From IMG/VR virus record IMGVR_UViG_2974638963_000001, positions 1 to 64,000 of that record: a stretch of 64,000 nucleotides of DNA. One strand, written 5' to 3'. The DNA is from a virus (lineage: Duplodnaviria > Caudoviricetes). Shown piece after piece: positions 27,816 through 36,460 of this stretch. Below the pieces are notes generated by a model. That model searched no databases, was not told the DNA's origin, and saw only the letters and a list, made by a program, of their open reading frames with translations. The first letter of the stretch is position 1. The number at the start of each line of letters is the position of its first letter. The position numbers and the translations under genes were made by a program.

Positions 27816-28379
27816 TTACTCCGCATGTTGTGACGATAGCGAGATCGTGGTTAAATTTTGTGGGTGGATTCTAGTAGATACTAAAGTAAGAATATTTACT
27901 AGAGGACGGAAATCTTTTGGTTCGTCAATGATAACTAAGATCTCTTTATATTTAGAGCCAACCAATTCTGTTGCTAGTACTGATGGGTTTTCAGAAGTAT
28001 CACATGTGACTATAACCCGTGTACTAAGATAGTCCATAGTACCTAATTTAGTTGCCAGCACATTCTGCTTTTCACCTAGATTGCGTACTGCAAAAATTAC
28101 TAGTTTATCCTTAGTAGGAACAAATGTTTCGCTTTCGGGGTTATTAAACTTACTGCACTGGAGTGCCCAAGCATGCGCCGCCTCCATTAACATGGTGGTT
28201 TTACCAATTCCACGAGGAATTGTACAGTTATGGTATTGAGATCCAGGACTTGCTAATGCTGCAAACACAGCATTTCGAATAGCTAATTGTATTTCTTGTG
28301 CAGCTTTCAGTGCTTCGGAAGCTTTTTCAACTTCTCGTTCAAGTAACGCAATAGGTTTTGTGACCATAATAATCCTCAA
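27816..28379 (-). CDS. P-loop-containing hypothetical protein
   Basis: PRGIGKTT and IIDEP Walker-like motifs. Confidence 0.6.
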   Translation of the reverse strand: MRIIMVTKPIALLEREVEKASEALKAAQEIQLAIRNAVFAALASPGSQYHNCTIPRGIGKTTMLMEAAHAWALQCSKFNNPESETFVPTKDKLVIFAVRNLGEKQNVLATKLGTMDYLSTRVIVTCDTSENPSVLATELVGSKYKEILVIIDEPKDFRPLVNILTLVSTRIHPQNLTTISLSSQHAE

Positions 28380-28384
28380 AAATA

Positions 28385-28460
28385 TGGAGGTTCTAGCTGG
28401 AATCGAACCAGCGACACACGCCGTATGAAAGCGACGCTCTACCGACTGAGCTATAGAACC
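28385..28460 (-). tRNA. tRNA with CAT anticodon (Met or lysidine Ile2)
   Basis: cloverleaf, loop TTCATAC, encoded CCA, U73. Confidence 0.8.
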
Positions 28461-28466
28461 GATGAA

Positions 28467-28578
28467 TGGAGCGGGTCGTAGGGTTCGAACCTACATCGTT
28501 ATATCTGATATTCCTATGGAGATATCAGTTTCAAAACACGCCTTGAGAGCGCCGTCATTACATTATGACTATAACCGC
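28467..28578 (-). ncRNA. aberrant tRNA-like RNA, ambiguous TCA/CAA anticodon, ~40 nt extra arm
   Basis: D arm, T arm and CCA present; Gly-like acceptor end. Confidence 0.6.
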
Positions 28579-28587
28579 ATTGTAAAT

Positions 28588-28663
28588 TGGAAGGGGAAGC
28601 GGGATTCGAACCCACGCTGTCAGAGTCAAAGGCTGATGTGCTAACCACCTACACCATTCCCCA
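28588..28663 (-). tRNA. tRNA-Gln(TTG)
   Basis: cloverleaf, loop CTTTGAC, CCA. Confidence 0.9.
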
Positions 28664-28669
28664 ATTGTT

Positions 28670-28752
28670 TGGTTGCGAGTACCGGAATCGAACCGATCTT
28701 GGCTATTGCCGGAGGGAATGAGCCTCCTGAGTTCCCAGAACTCTAACTCGCT
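28670..28752 (-). tRNA. tRNA-Met(CAT), initiator-like
   Basis: 1:72 mismatch, loop CTCATTC, long variable arm, CCA. Confidence 0.75.
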
Positions 28753-28932
28753 ATTTAATCTTTGTAACGCTCAGTATCTCTATACTTAAATATTGAACCT
28801 TATGCATAATTGCTAAACGTCTGCGGAATGCCCACTTTGAGTATCCTGCATCTAGACCCCATGATGTAAGTATGTCACTCATGGGTTCATCGTCGAGTAA
28901 GTATCCTACTTTAAAACACTGCATATACTAAC

Positions 28933-29121
28933 CTATTGAAATTTTATATCTTTAATATGGATAGCACTTGGGTAATATCCCTCTTCTCTTCCGAGAATAC
29001 GCTGAATATCCGCAGTGGTAGTGCCTTCTTCTACCCATAGCAGTTTTGGTTGTCTGGCTATATAACAATCAAGGTAGCCAGTATTAATGCTATAATGAAC
29101 TACAACTGGTACTTTAGCCAT
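28933..29121 (-). CDS. hypothetical protein
   Basis: 62 aa, TAATG coupling. Confidence 0.55.
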   Translation of the reverse strand: MAKVPVVVHYSINTGYLDCYIARQPKLLWVEEGTTTADIQRILGREEGYYPSAIHIKDIKFQ

Positions 29122-29372
29122 TATTCTTCCTCACAATCTTGGCAAACAGGCTCGCAGTGCTTATCAGACATTTCTGCATATTCACAGTACCAACCACAGT
29201 TAGTACACTCAAATACTTCAGCTTCTACCAAAGCTGCTTCAAAAGTTTCTGAATCATCCTATGGTAAATTAAATTCTTTGTTAAAATCTAAACGAGCATT
29301 GAAGTTTCCGTAAGTACAAGAACCCATAACATGGTCGATTATCCAGTTATGCATATCAGATGTTATAACCAT
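29121..29372 (-). pseudogene. zinc-finger ORF interrupted by in-frame TAG
   Basis: MVITSD...FNLP*DDSE...CTNCGWYC...CQDCEEE; TAG at 29259-29261. Confidence 0.6.
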
Positions 29373-29373
29373 T

Positions 29374-29895
29374 CTAAACTCCAAATGTTGTATCTAAAAC
29401 TTGTTTAAACGCTAACAGCTCGTCGTGTGTCATATCGTCTAGGTCTTTAGGCGACTGAACACCACCATGCTTAAATTTCTTTATTAACTTAGCACCAGCA
29501 TTATCAGGATCACCTATCCAAACGAATTTTACGTTTGATTTGTTTAGTAATCGTAATAATGGCTTGTGCATTGAAGAACCTAGAACGCTTACTGCCGGAA
29601 CACCAACACTATGTAAAGCTGTAGCTCTGAAAACTGCTTCTGTAACGTATACCACTTTGGCATCTTGAGGTACTGTATCTAATCCCCAAAGAGCTGGTTC
29701 TGACGACCAAGTAAAGTATCTTGCGTTGCTTGGTTTATCCGCTTTCTTAGGTGAATCAGGAGAAAACACCTGAAAACCTACAAAACGACCATCTGTTGCG
29801 AAAAGAGGAAACGTTGCTTTGTTATTATCGAGGTCAACCCATACTTTGTGCTGGTCAGTAACTCGTTTTGCTTTAAGAGCATCTAAAACGTTCAT
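29374..29895 (-). CDS. Toprim-domain primase-like protein
   Basis: FP..GRFVGF, RYF, VTEAVF, DPDNAG, KDLDD. Confidence 0.8.
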   Translation of the reverse strand: MNVLDALKAKRVTDQHKVWVDLDNNKATFPLFATDGRFVGFQVFSPDSPKKADKPSNARYFTWSSEPALWGLDTVPQDAKVVYVTEAVFRATALHSVGVPAVSVLGSSMHKPLLRLLNKSNVKFVWIGDPDNAGAKLIKKFKHGGVQSPKDLDDMTHDELLAFKQVLDTTFGV

Positions 29896-29977
29896 TTATC
29901 AATTCCTCTCAATCAATTCAGTATAAATATTATATCAAATCTGAAAGGAATTTGCAAATGATTTTTTGCTTTTAATT

Positions 29978-30066
29978 TGGCGGTAGGAGGAGGAATCGAA
30001 CCCCCGCCGTGTCCCCACAACGTACCTGATTTCAAGTCAGGCTGCCCACCATTGGGCACTCCTACC
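29978..30066 (-). tRNA. tRNA-Ser(TGA)
   Basis: cloverleaf, long variable arm, G73, CCA. Confidence 0.9.
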
Positions 30067-30403
30067 AAATTCTTTAAACAAATAAGTCCATCAATATGTC
30101 TAGGATATCTTCCACGGCTTCTTCTTTTTCTGTTGGATGAAAGTCTCGAACATCATTACAGATGGATTCACGAACTATTAATGCATCAACTGCTGTATAT
30201 AATAGTTCTCTAAGATCTTTGTTTTTATACTTTGACATATTACCCCTTTATAGAGTTAATTATCTTAGCCGCTTCATCAGCATCATCTTTATAATAATGC
30301 TTGCTAATCAGTCTACCATCTTTAGTGACTACAGCATATTCTCTACAGGTACAAGTTTCGGGATGACATCCCCAAGAATGCCCAATATACGTTACTATTA
30401 CTA

Positions 30404-30694
30404 TTATGCGTATACCTTTCCTAGATCAACGATCTTAATCTCAACAGATATTAGAGACTGGAAGTAATCTGAGTTCCAGAAGTTATGGAATTTATGTACA
30501 GTTCCATCGTCTAGCTCTAATTCAACCATATAATCTTCAAACATCGAGTCACTACGATCAGCCGTTCTTAGAATTATTTCAGAGGCTTTCTTAGCTAATT
30601 CAATACTTTTCCATTCATAGGGAATTTCATCTACTTCATCATACGATCCGAAAGAGTTACCATCACGGTACTCAATTACAATTTTGAATCTCAT
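30404..30694 (-). CDS. hypothetical protein
   Basis: 96 aa ORF. Confidence 0.65.
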   Translation of the reverse strand: MRFKIVIEYRDGNSFGSYDEVDEIPYEWKSIELAKKASEIILRTADRSDSMFEDYMVELELDDGTVHKFHNFWNSDYFQSLISVEIKIVDLGKVYA

Positions 30695-30909
30695 TTCATC
30701 ACCTTTGCAGTATAGGTTGTTTTAAAGTAACCAGGCGTCTCAACAGTTTCCATATTCTCTGGTTTACCTAGAAATCTAGCAATAAACCCGTCACCAGCAT
30801 CGAAACCAACTGAATCACATTTACACATCCAAAATTCACCATATTCGGTAAACGTATGTGTGTCACCACAAAGTTTACAACGTTTCGTTATAGGCGTGTA
30901 CTTTTCCAT
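30691..30909 (-). CDS. small zinc-binding protein
   Basis: CKLC..CKC; start reassigned downstream of tRNA-Trp. Confidence 0.6.
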   Translation of the reverse strand: MEKYTPITKRCKLCGDTHTFTEYGEFWMCKCDSVGFDAGDGFIARFLGKPENMETVETPGYFKTTYTAKVMK

Positions 30910-30926
30910 AACAAAATCCTCTAAAT

Positions 30927-31000
30927 TGGCACGGGCTGGAGGAATCGAACCCCCGTCGTTGGGTTTGGAAGCCAAGGTAATACCACTATACGAAGCCCAT
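30927..31000 (-). tRNA. tRNA-Trp(CCA)
   Basis: loop TTCCAAA in register, A1-U72, G73. Confidence 0.8.
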
Positions 31001-31001
31001 A

Positions 31002-31559
31002 TTAATACTGATGGTATTCTATGCAATCTTCGAGCACAAATTCCATGTAATGTTCTTCACCATTTATTTCTTTAGTTACTCTAAAGAAGTTTTGGTTATA
31101 TCTGGAGATCTTGTCGAAGTATACACCATCTTGAGTAAAAGATGGCATAGATTCAACAAACTTAACAAATTTCCAGTAGTCTGCATTAAAAGGTTTGAAA
31201 ACTTCTTTTAAGTTCTGCATAGCTGTGTTAAATGCATCACGCTCTTTCTTGAATAAAGAACCTTCTTCAATCGCATCTAGCAGATAATCAACATTTAAAA
31301 GACCGTACTGTTCACCTAGAGTAGAAAGAATAACGTTATACTCAAGTTCAGATAATTCTTTAAGTTCCCAACTTGTGTGGTGTAAGTAAACACTTTCATT
31401 AGTACCAAAGTTAATTTCTTGGTCAGGTACTTTATCAAAAACTTTGATCAATTGAAGTGCTCTTTCAGCTTCTTCACCTTTTACAAGGATAAAGCCCTCA
31501 AGATCAAATTCGTCTGCATAGTTGTTTTCTGCATTAATAAGTAAAAATTTCATTTTCAT
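31002..31559 (-). CDS. hypothetical protein
   Basis: 185 aa after early promoter. Confidence 0.7.
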   Translation of the reverse strand: MKMKFLLINAENNYADEFDLEGFILVKGEEAERALQLIKVFDKVPDQEINFGTNESVYLHHTSWELKELSELEYNVILSTLGEQYGLLNVDYLLDAIEEGSLFKKERDAFNTAMQNLKEVFKPFNADYWKFVKFVESMPSFTQDGVYFDKISRYNQNFFRVTKEINGEEHYMEFVLEDCIEYHQY

Positions 31560-31632
31560 TTCCTTCTCTCTGATTCAATATAAATATTATATCAAATTAA
31601 TAAAGATTTGGCAAATGATTTTATAAATAAAA

Positions 31633-31754
31633 TGGGGTCGTAAAGGATTTGAACCTTATCACTGACTGCGGATTTACGGAGAAACCATCTAACCTAGGAA
31701 TCGAACCTAGACCTACCCTCACGCCAGTCGGATTACACCACATCCGCGTTGACC
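31633..31754 (-). ncRNA. tRNA-like RNA with two T-arms
   Basis: CTAGG-TTCGATT-CCTAG and AAGG-TTCAAAT-CCTT, CCA end, no normal anticodon arm. Confidence 0.6.
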
Positions 31755-31760
31755 ATAAAT

Positions 31761-31852
31761 TGGCAGAAGAAGTGGGAGTCGAACCCACAAGGCATATCGC
31801 TATACTCAGCTGCTTTCCAAGCAGTTCCCGTCGCCGATCGGTTTGTTCTTCT
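31761..31852 (-). tRNA. tRNA-Ser(GGA)
   Basis: loop TTGGAAA, long arm, CCA. Confidence 0.9.
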
Positions 31853-31858
31853 ATAAAT

Positions 31859-31935
31859 TGGTGGGACTAAGGAGAGTCGAACTCCTAAAATCTGCGTTCT
31901 AAGCACAGCACGTATGCCAGTTCCGTCATAGTCCC
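31859..31935 (-). tRNA. tRNA-Leu(TAG)
   Basis: loop CTTAGAA; short variable arm. Confidence 0.9.
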
Positions 31936-32071
31936 TAATCTAATTTTATACTACGTACTTCATTATTCTGTTCTGCTTTTTCCTTAGCAGCCATAAATCT
32001 TTTTAGTAGTAGATCCTTATCTCTCTTTATCTTATCAAAATCGATATTATCCATGTCTACTCCCATATGTT

Positions 32072-32148
32072 TGGTATCGAGGGCGGGGATCGAACCCGCA
32101 GAACCAGCATTTTAAGTGCTGTACGTTTGCCAATTACGTCACCTCGAC
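32072..32148 (-). tRNA. tRNA-Leu(TAA)
   Basis: loop CTTAAAA; short variable arm. Confidence 0.9.
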
Positions 32149-32333
32149 ATTAAATTATTAAATGTAAAGCTCCATGCATTGCACCACCAAGTAATCCTAC
32201 CGAGGTTGCCGCAATAACTAAGCTAGGCATACCTTTAGGCTTCTTAAATGCTGAGTATAGCCCACCTGCACCCAGGCAGGTCATTAATAAAACTAACACT
32301 AGCATTGGAGATATCATTGTTTGTTCCTAAAAT

Positions 32334-32407
32334 TGGAGCACCTTACTGGATTTTAACCAGTCTACGGAAGTTTGCAATTTCCTACCTAGTCACTCGGTCA
32401 AAGGCGC
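32334..32407 (-). tRNA. tRNA-Cys(GCA)
   Basis: loop TTGCAAA, U73. Confidence 0.85.
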
Positions 32408-32414
32408 ATTGAAT

Positions 32415-32726
32415 TTATTTTTGAGCAACGAATACTTCGATGCCTTTATCTAGCAGTTGGTCAAGTTCTACGTCAACTTTAATATCTAAGCCCTCTACAC
32501 GAGCTTTAATACCTAATGCTGTACCCGTCCACGGATATTCGTGACCATGATCGTAGTCAACGCCACCGTATTCCCAAATCATTAACTTAAACTTGATACC
32601 ATTGATCTTAACAGTATATTTCTTTTTGTCTTTGTAGTGAATATATACTGTCTCACCAGCTCCGTTAATAAAGAAGTAGCGGCGAGGTCCCCAATCTTGT
32701 TCGAACTGCATTTTAAAAAAGTTCAT
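32415..32726 (-). CDS. hypothetical protein
   Basis: start reassigned to MNFF after AAGGAG. Confidence 0.7.
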   Translation of the reverse strand: MNFFKMQFEQDWGPRRYFFINGAGETVYIHYKDKKKYTVKINGIKFKLMIWEYGGVDYDHGHEYPWTGTALGIKARVEGLDIKVDVELDQLLDKGIEVFVAQK

Positions 32727-32742
32727 AGTAAACTCCTTATAG

Positions 32743-32947
32743 AGTTGATTAAAGCTATATGTATATGGTCTCGTTGAAGCCCCTTCGGTATATTCCACGG
32801 AGCAACCGAACAACCTAGACCCTTAAGATACTGACTCGCCAAAGCCAGGTGAGAAAACCACCTCTCACATCTCTGCATACTCAGTGTATCGCAGTCTTTT
32901 TGTTGGCAGCTGGTTCTGGTCATTTATACATATACTTTAATCAACTC
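32743..32947 (-). ncRNA. candidate ~205 nt structured RNA
   Basis: ~23 bp closing stem GAGTTGATTAAAG..TATATGTATA plus four internal hairpins. Confidence 0.6.
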
Positions 32948-33113
32948 AGTTGACTAAAGGTGAGCATAGCCGAGTACTCACGTTGAATTAGTTAGATTCA
33001 TTTGTTTACGGTGCGAGCCACTTAAGGCGTCGGTTGGCGGAGCGCATTCTCCGTTCCCAACCCGTCTATGTTAGTTTCCTATGATAACTAAGCATTCTCT
33101 GCTAACATAAATT

Positions 33114-33503
33114 CTAAAATTTCCCTTCAAGAAGTAATAAGGAGAACTGCTCATTATGTCGCATAATCATCTCTTCTACTGCACTAGCCAATTCATTCTT
33201 GAAGTCAGGAGTCTGGTACAGGTCATATGCACCTAGTTGACTAGAGGCACCCTGTACCGCCTTATCCACAGCCTTTTCTAATATTGCATTTAATTGGGCA
33301 TCTGAATAACTAAAGTTGAAATGGGAGCGTGGGAAGTGAAGCTCATACTGTTTACCACAGTTGGTACATTTACCGTTCACCCAGATCTCACAGCAGCCGT
33401 CACAGCCATCACCCCCATCATAGAACGTAGTTCCGCCACAATCCTCACAAACGCATTGATACTTCTGGTCTGGTTTAGATTGTAATATCGCAGTTATTTT
33501 CAT
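33114..33503 (-). CDS. zinc-ribbon hypothetical protein
   Basis: CEDC, CTNC pairs. Confidence 0.65.
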   Translation of the reverse strand: MKITAILQSKPDQKYQCVCEDCGGTTFYDGGDGCDGCCEIWVNGKCTNCGKQYELHFPRSHFNFSYSDAQLNAILEKAVDKAVQGASSQLGAYDLYQTPDFKNELASAVEEMIMRHNEQFSLLLLEGKF

Positions 33504-33688
33504 TAGAACCTCGATGGATAAATTTCTTTCAGTTTAGACTTTACATAGCCAGTTTCATCACGAACAGCGTTTTCAAGTTGTAAAATGTAGTCATATACCG
33601 GTTTTGGTACAGCTATATGCTCGACAACACCATCACCTACTTGAACTGCTACATTACAATTACCATCTGAATACGGTCTAAAAGTCAT
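33503..33688 (-). CDS. hypothetical protein
   Basis: 61 aa after early promoter. Confidence 0.6.
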   Translation of the reverse strand: MTFRPYSDGNCNVAVQVGDGVVEHIAVPKPVYDYILQLENAVRDETGYVKSKLKEIYPSRF

Positions 33689-33756
33689 TTCTTATTTCCT
33701 CATTTCAATTTATAAATATATTATAACTGAAATTTGTGTATTTGACAATTGATTTT

Positions 33757-33966
33757 TTAATTTAATATCCGTAAACTATCAAAGGACATTAGAGGTATTT
33801 CTTTAACAGGTACTTGTTCCATCACTGGAGTCTCTTCAAATACCTTTCGATCTACAAGAACTAACTGTTTACGAGTTGTTCTTTCAGGAATCTCCATAAC
33901 TAAAATACTTGGAGATTCTAGGATAATTGGCATTCGTAACAGTGAGATCTTTGCTCTACTACGCAT
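33757..33966 (-). CDS. hypothetical protein
   Basis: 69 aa, AAGGA RBS. Confidence 0.55.
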   Translation of the reverse strand: MRSRAKISLLRMPIILESPSILVMEIPERTTRKQLVLVDRKVFEETPVMEQVPVKEIPLMSFDSLRILN

Positions 33967-33984
33967 AGTAATTATCCTTAGAGT

Positions 33985-34060
33985 TGGCGCGGGCGAGGGG
34001 ACTCGAACCCCTGCTGTACGGGTTGGAAGCCCGACCGAATAGCCGCTATCTTACGCACGC
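33985..34060 (-). tRNA. tRNA-Gly(TCC)
   Basis: loop CTTCCAA; atypical G73. Confidence 0.8.
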
Positions 34061-34374
34061 TTAAATAATTTTTTAAACAGAGTTTTTATCTCATCCCAAA
34101 GACTATTTATCTGAAAATCAGGTACAATTCTTTCTTTAGGAAACTCTGGCATCTTTGGTAACTTAATGCTCCGATTAAATTCCTGCTCGGCTTGATCTCT
34201 AGTTTTAGCTAGGCTAGAGAACAAAGTATAGGATTCACCAAGTTCATCCAGTTCCTGTAGTGTAATAGTTTGATTATCTTCTAAATAAACGAAATCAATA
34301 CCTTTCTTAGTAGTATAAACTTTACTTACTGGATACTTAAGGAGAATGTAATCCGACGCTAAGTATTTTTGCAT
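34051..34374 (-). CDS. hypothetical protein
   Basis: 107 aa; stop overlaps tRNA-Gly 5' end. Confidence 0.65.
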   Translation of the reverse strand: MQKYLASDYILLKYPVSKVYTTKKGIDFVYLEDNQTITLQELDELGESYTLFSSLAKTRDQAEQEFNRSIKLPKMPEFPKERIVPDFQINSLWDEIKTLFKKLFKRA

Positions 34375-34742
34375 TAAAAATGTACCCTTGTTAATTTGAT
34401 TCCCATGTCAGCAAGAAACTGCTCTGCTGACATCATAGATGCTGCTGCCGATGGATTAGAAGTATGAATAAAGATCTCTTCTAATCTTGGCATATCTTCA
34501 AAGAAAATTAATGCTTCAATATGAGCAAAGATGTCTTTTCCTTCGATATCTTCACCAAGATCATTATCTAGGTGAATATGTGTAATTAAGTGCTTATCTC
34601 TTTCTATGAATCGATATGCTGAACCAGAATTAGTAGCTACCAGAATCTTACTATAATGATTATTGTCTGGTAAAAACTGCATAGGTAAACGTATGTCATC
34701 TACCCACAATAATAATTTATCTCTGACCACGAATAACCTCAC
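34374..34742 (-). CDS. cyclic-phosphate-processing receiver-domain protein
   Basis: LWVDDIR.P, LDNDLG, IHTSNP motifs. Confidence 0.7.
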   Translation of the reverse strand: MRLFVVRDKLLLWVDDIRLPMQFLPDNNHYSKILVATNSGSAYRFIERDKHLITHIHLDNDLGEDIEGKDIFAHIEALIFFEDMPRLEEIFIHTSNPSAAASMMSAEQFLADMGIKLTRVHF

Positions 34743-34835
34743 TTGTAGTATCTAGCGCAGGTATTTTAACCATACCTACATCGTGGAACGTTGCCATAAT
34801 AATTATAACTACTAGAGTAATAACTGTTATATATT

Positions 34836-35018
34836 TCATTTAACTAACTCGATAGGTTGCTTACCATCCCAGTTAGAATCTGCTAGGACACGCTTGTAGA
34901 ATAAATAACCAATGTCACCTTGATCTTGTGGATTAGTAATGACTTTGCCTACATCCTTATCTGAAAAGTAAAATGCTTTTGCTGCGTCTGAACCTACGGA
35001 TAACTTGAAAGTTTCCAT
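34836..35018 (-). CDS. hypothetical protein
   Basis: 60 aa, GGAGGT RBS. Confidence 0.6.
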   Translation of the reverse strand: METFKLSVGSDAAKAFYFSDKDVGKVITNPQDQGDIGYLFYKRVLADSNWDGKQPIELVK

Positions 35019-35037
35019 AAAACCTCCGTTTATAAAT

Positions 35038-35122
35038 TGGCGGGCGGTGTAGGATTTGAACCTACGTTGTCCTTTCGAACACGGATTAACAGTCCGTCGC
35101 TAAACCACTCAGCTAACCACCC
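35038..35122 (-). tRNA. tRNA-Asn(GTT)
   Basis: loop CTGTTAA, G73; long variable arm. Confidence 0.9.
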
Positions 35123-35128
35123 TTAAAT

Positions 35129-35205
35129 TGGTACTGCGACCTGGGTTTGAACCAGGGAACCTCTCGATTATCAGTCAAGCGCTCTACCAACTGAGCTATC
35201 GCAGT
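35129..35205 (-). tRNA. tRNA-Ile(GAT)
   Basis: loop CTGATAA. Confidence 0.95.
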
Positions 35206-35311
35206 ATTAATTGTAAGAACACTCTTCGAATGCTCTTACAGTTAATTTTGTAAAACTAACTGGTGCACTCCTTTTCAAAGGATTTGGGTAAGCACGTACC
35301 CTCACGGTGTT

Positions 35312-35501
35312 TGGCGTTCTGGAACGGGGGTCGAACCCGCAAATACTAAGATCCTCATTCCTACTCACTGGTCTGCGTAGTCCAGCCCCTCGGTGCTATT
35401 GGATTCTTTTCTTCTGTACCCGAACCTAGTTACTATTTTAACCTCACAGCCTCAATCCACGCAGATGAAAGAGCTAAGCAACCTAGTTGTACAACCAGAC
35501 C
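35312..35501 (-). ncRNA. ~190 nt RNA with tRNA-like acceptor/T-arm/CCA (tmRNA-like topology)
   Basis: GGTCTGG/CCAGAAC-G-CCA, T arm GCGGG-TTCGACC-CCCGT, internal stem TCTGCGTGG/CTACGCAGA. Confidence 0.65.
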
Positions 35502-35507
35502 ATAATT

Positions 35508-35585
35508 TGGCACTGTAGAAGGGAGTCGAACCCTCAATGCTCCACCTTGAAAGGGTGGTGACTTTACCAGTTTGTCCACTACAGT
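35508..35585 (-). tRNA. tRNA-Glu(TTC)
   Basis: loop CTTTCAA. Confidence 0.9.
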
Positions 35586-35665
35586 ATAATCTAACTAAGA
35601 CTTGTAGGTCTGTTTCCACGGCTTAATTATCCGATTTGTCTCTACTCATTTACAAGTCTTAAAAT

Positions 35666-35750
35666 TGGTGCAGGATCGTGGACTCGAACCACGGAACCCC
35701 GAGGGGTGAAGATTTACAGTCTCCTGTCATTGCCGCTAGACTAATCCTGC
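35666..35750 (-). tRNA. tRNA-Tyr(GTA)
   Basis: loop CTGTAAA, long arm. Confidence 0.95.
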
Positions 35751-35839
35751 TTAATTCATTTTATTAATTTCTTCTCTCAATTCAATATAAATATTATAAC
35801 AAATATTTTGGTATTTAACAATTGAATTTTTAAATAATT

Positions 35840-35915
35840 TGGAGCACACTACAGGATTCGAACCTGTGACCACTTCGTTCGTAGCGAAGAACTCTGTCCA
35901 CTGAGTTAAGCATGC
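35840..35915 (-). tRNA. tRNA-Arg(ACG)
   Basis: loop CTACGAA. Confidence 0.9.
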
Positions 35916-36082
35916 TTTTTATCTTTCCTTTGAGATCGTCTAAAACCTGTACCCTGGCAAGTCTCACATTCCCAAGTGTTATACTGAGTATCACCAGGCT
36001 CTGCATCATTTACTTCGCCCAAACCACGACATTCTGGACATTTACAGGCTTTTAACGCTTCTAGTAGTTCTAGGTATTTCAT
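35906..36082 (-). CDS. 58 aa DnaJ-type zinc-finger protein (below ORF-track cutoff)
   Basis: CPECRGLG and CETCQGTG; AAGGA RBS. Confidence 0.65.
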   Translation of the reverse strand: MKYLELLEALKACKCPECRGLGEVNDAEPGDTQYNTWECETCQGTGFRRSQRKDKKHA

Positions 36083-36097
36083 AGAATTTCCTTAAAT

Positions 36098-36173
36098 TGG
36101 TGCTGACGACAGGCATCGAACCTGCGACCTGATGCTTACAAGGCAACTGCTCTACCAACTGAGCTACGTCAAC
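36098..36173 (-). tRNA. tRNA-Thr(TGT)
   Basis: loop CTTGTAA. Confidence 0.95.
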
Positions 36174-36178
36174 GAATT

Positions 36179-36252
36179 TGGTACTCGCTGGAGGAATCGA
36201 ACCACCGCTTAGTCCGTGTAAAGGACTAGCACTACCGTTATACTAAGCGAGT
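36179..36252 (-). tRNA. tRNA-Val(TAC)
   Basis: loop TTTACAC. Confidence 0.9.
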
Positions 36253-36253
36253 A

Positions 36254-36460
36254 TTAAATATGCCCTGCTTTCTTTAACTGTCTTTCCATATATTTCTGAC
36301 AGACTTTTTGCAGGTATCCGGATTTTGTATGTTCATACAGGACTCTCATTTTATTATGATATAGGGCAACCCCATCTTCACGAGTAGCTGTATAAACCAT
36401 AGTAACCATTCCGTATTTAGGCTCTGAGAGCCTGTAATTAAAACTTATTTTCTTAGACAT
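36254..36460 (-). CDS. hypothetical protein
   Basis: 68 aa, AGGAG RBS. Confidence 0.6.
   Translation of the reverse strand: MSKKISFNYRLSEPKYGMVTMVYTATREDGVALYHNKMRVLYEHTKSGYLQKVCQKYMERQLKKAGHI

Noticed and set aside
28467-28578. Selenocysteine tRNA
   Set aside because: Lacks the extended acceptor and D stems and G73 of SelC.
30927-31000. tRNA-Gly(TCC) reading
   Set aside because: Stem register gives CCA, and A1-U72/G73 fit Trp.
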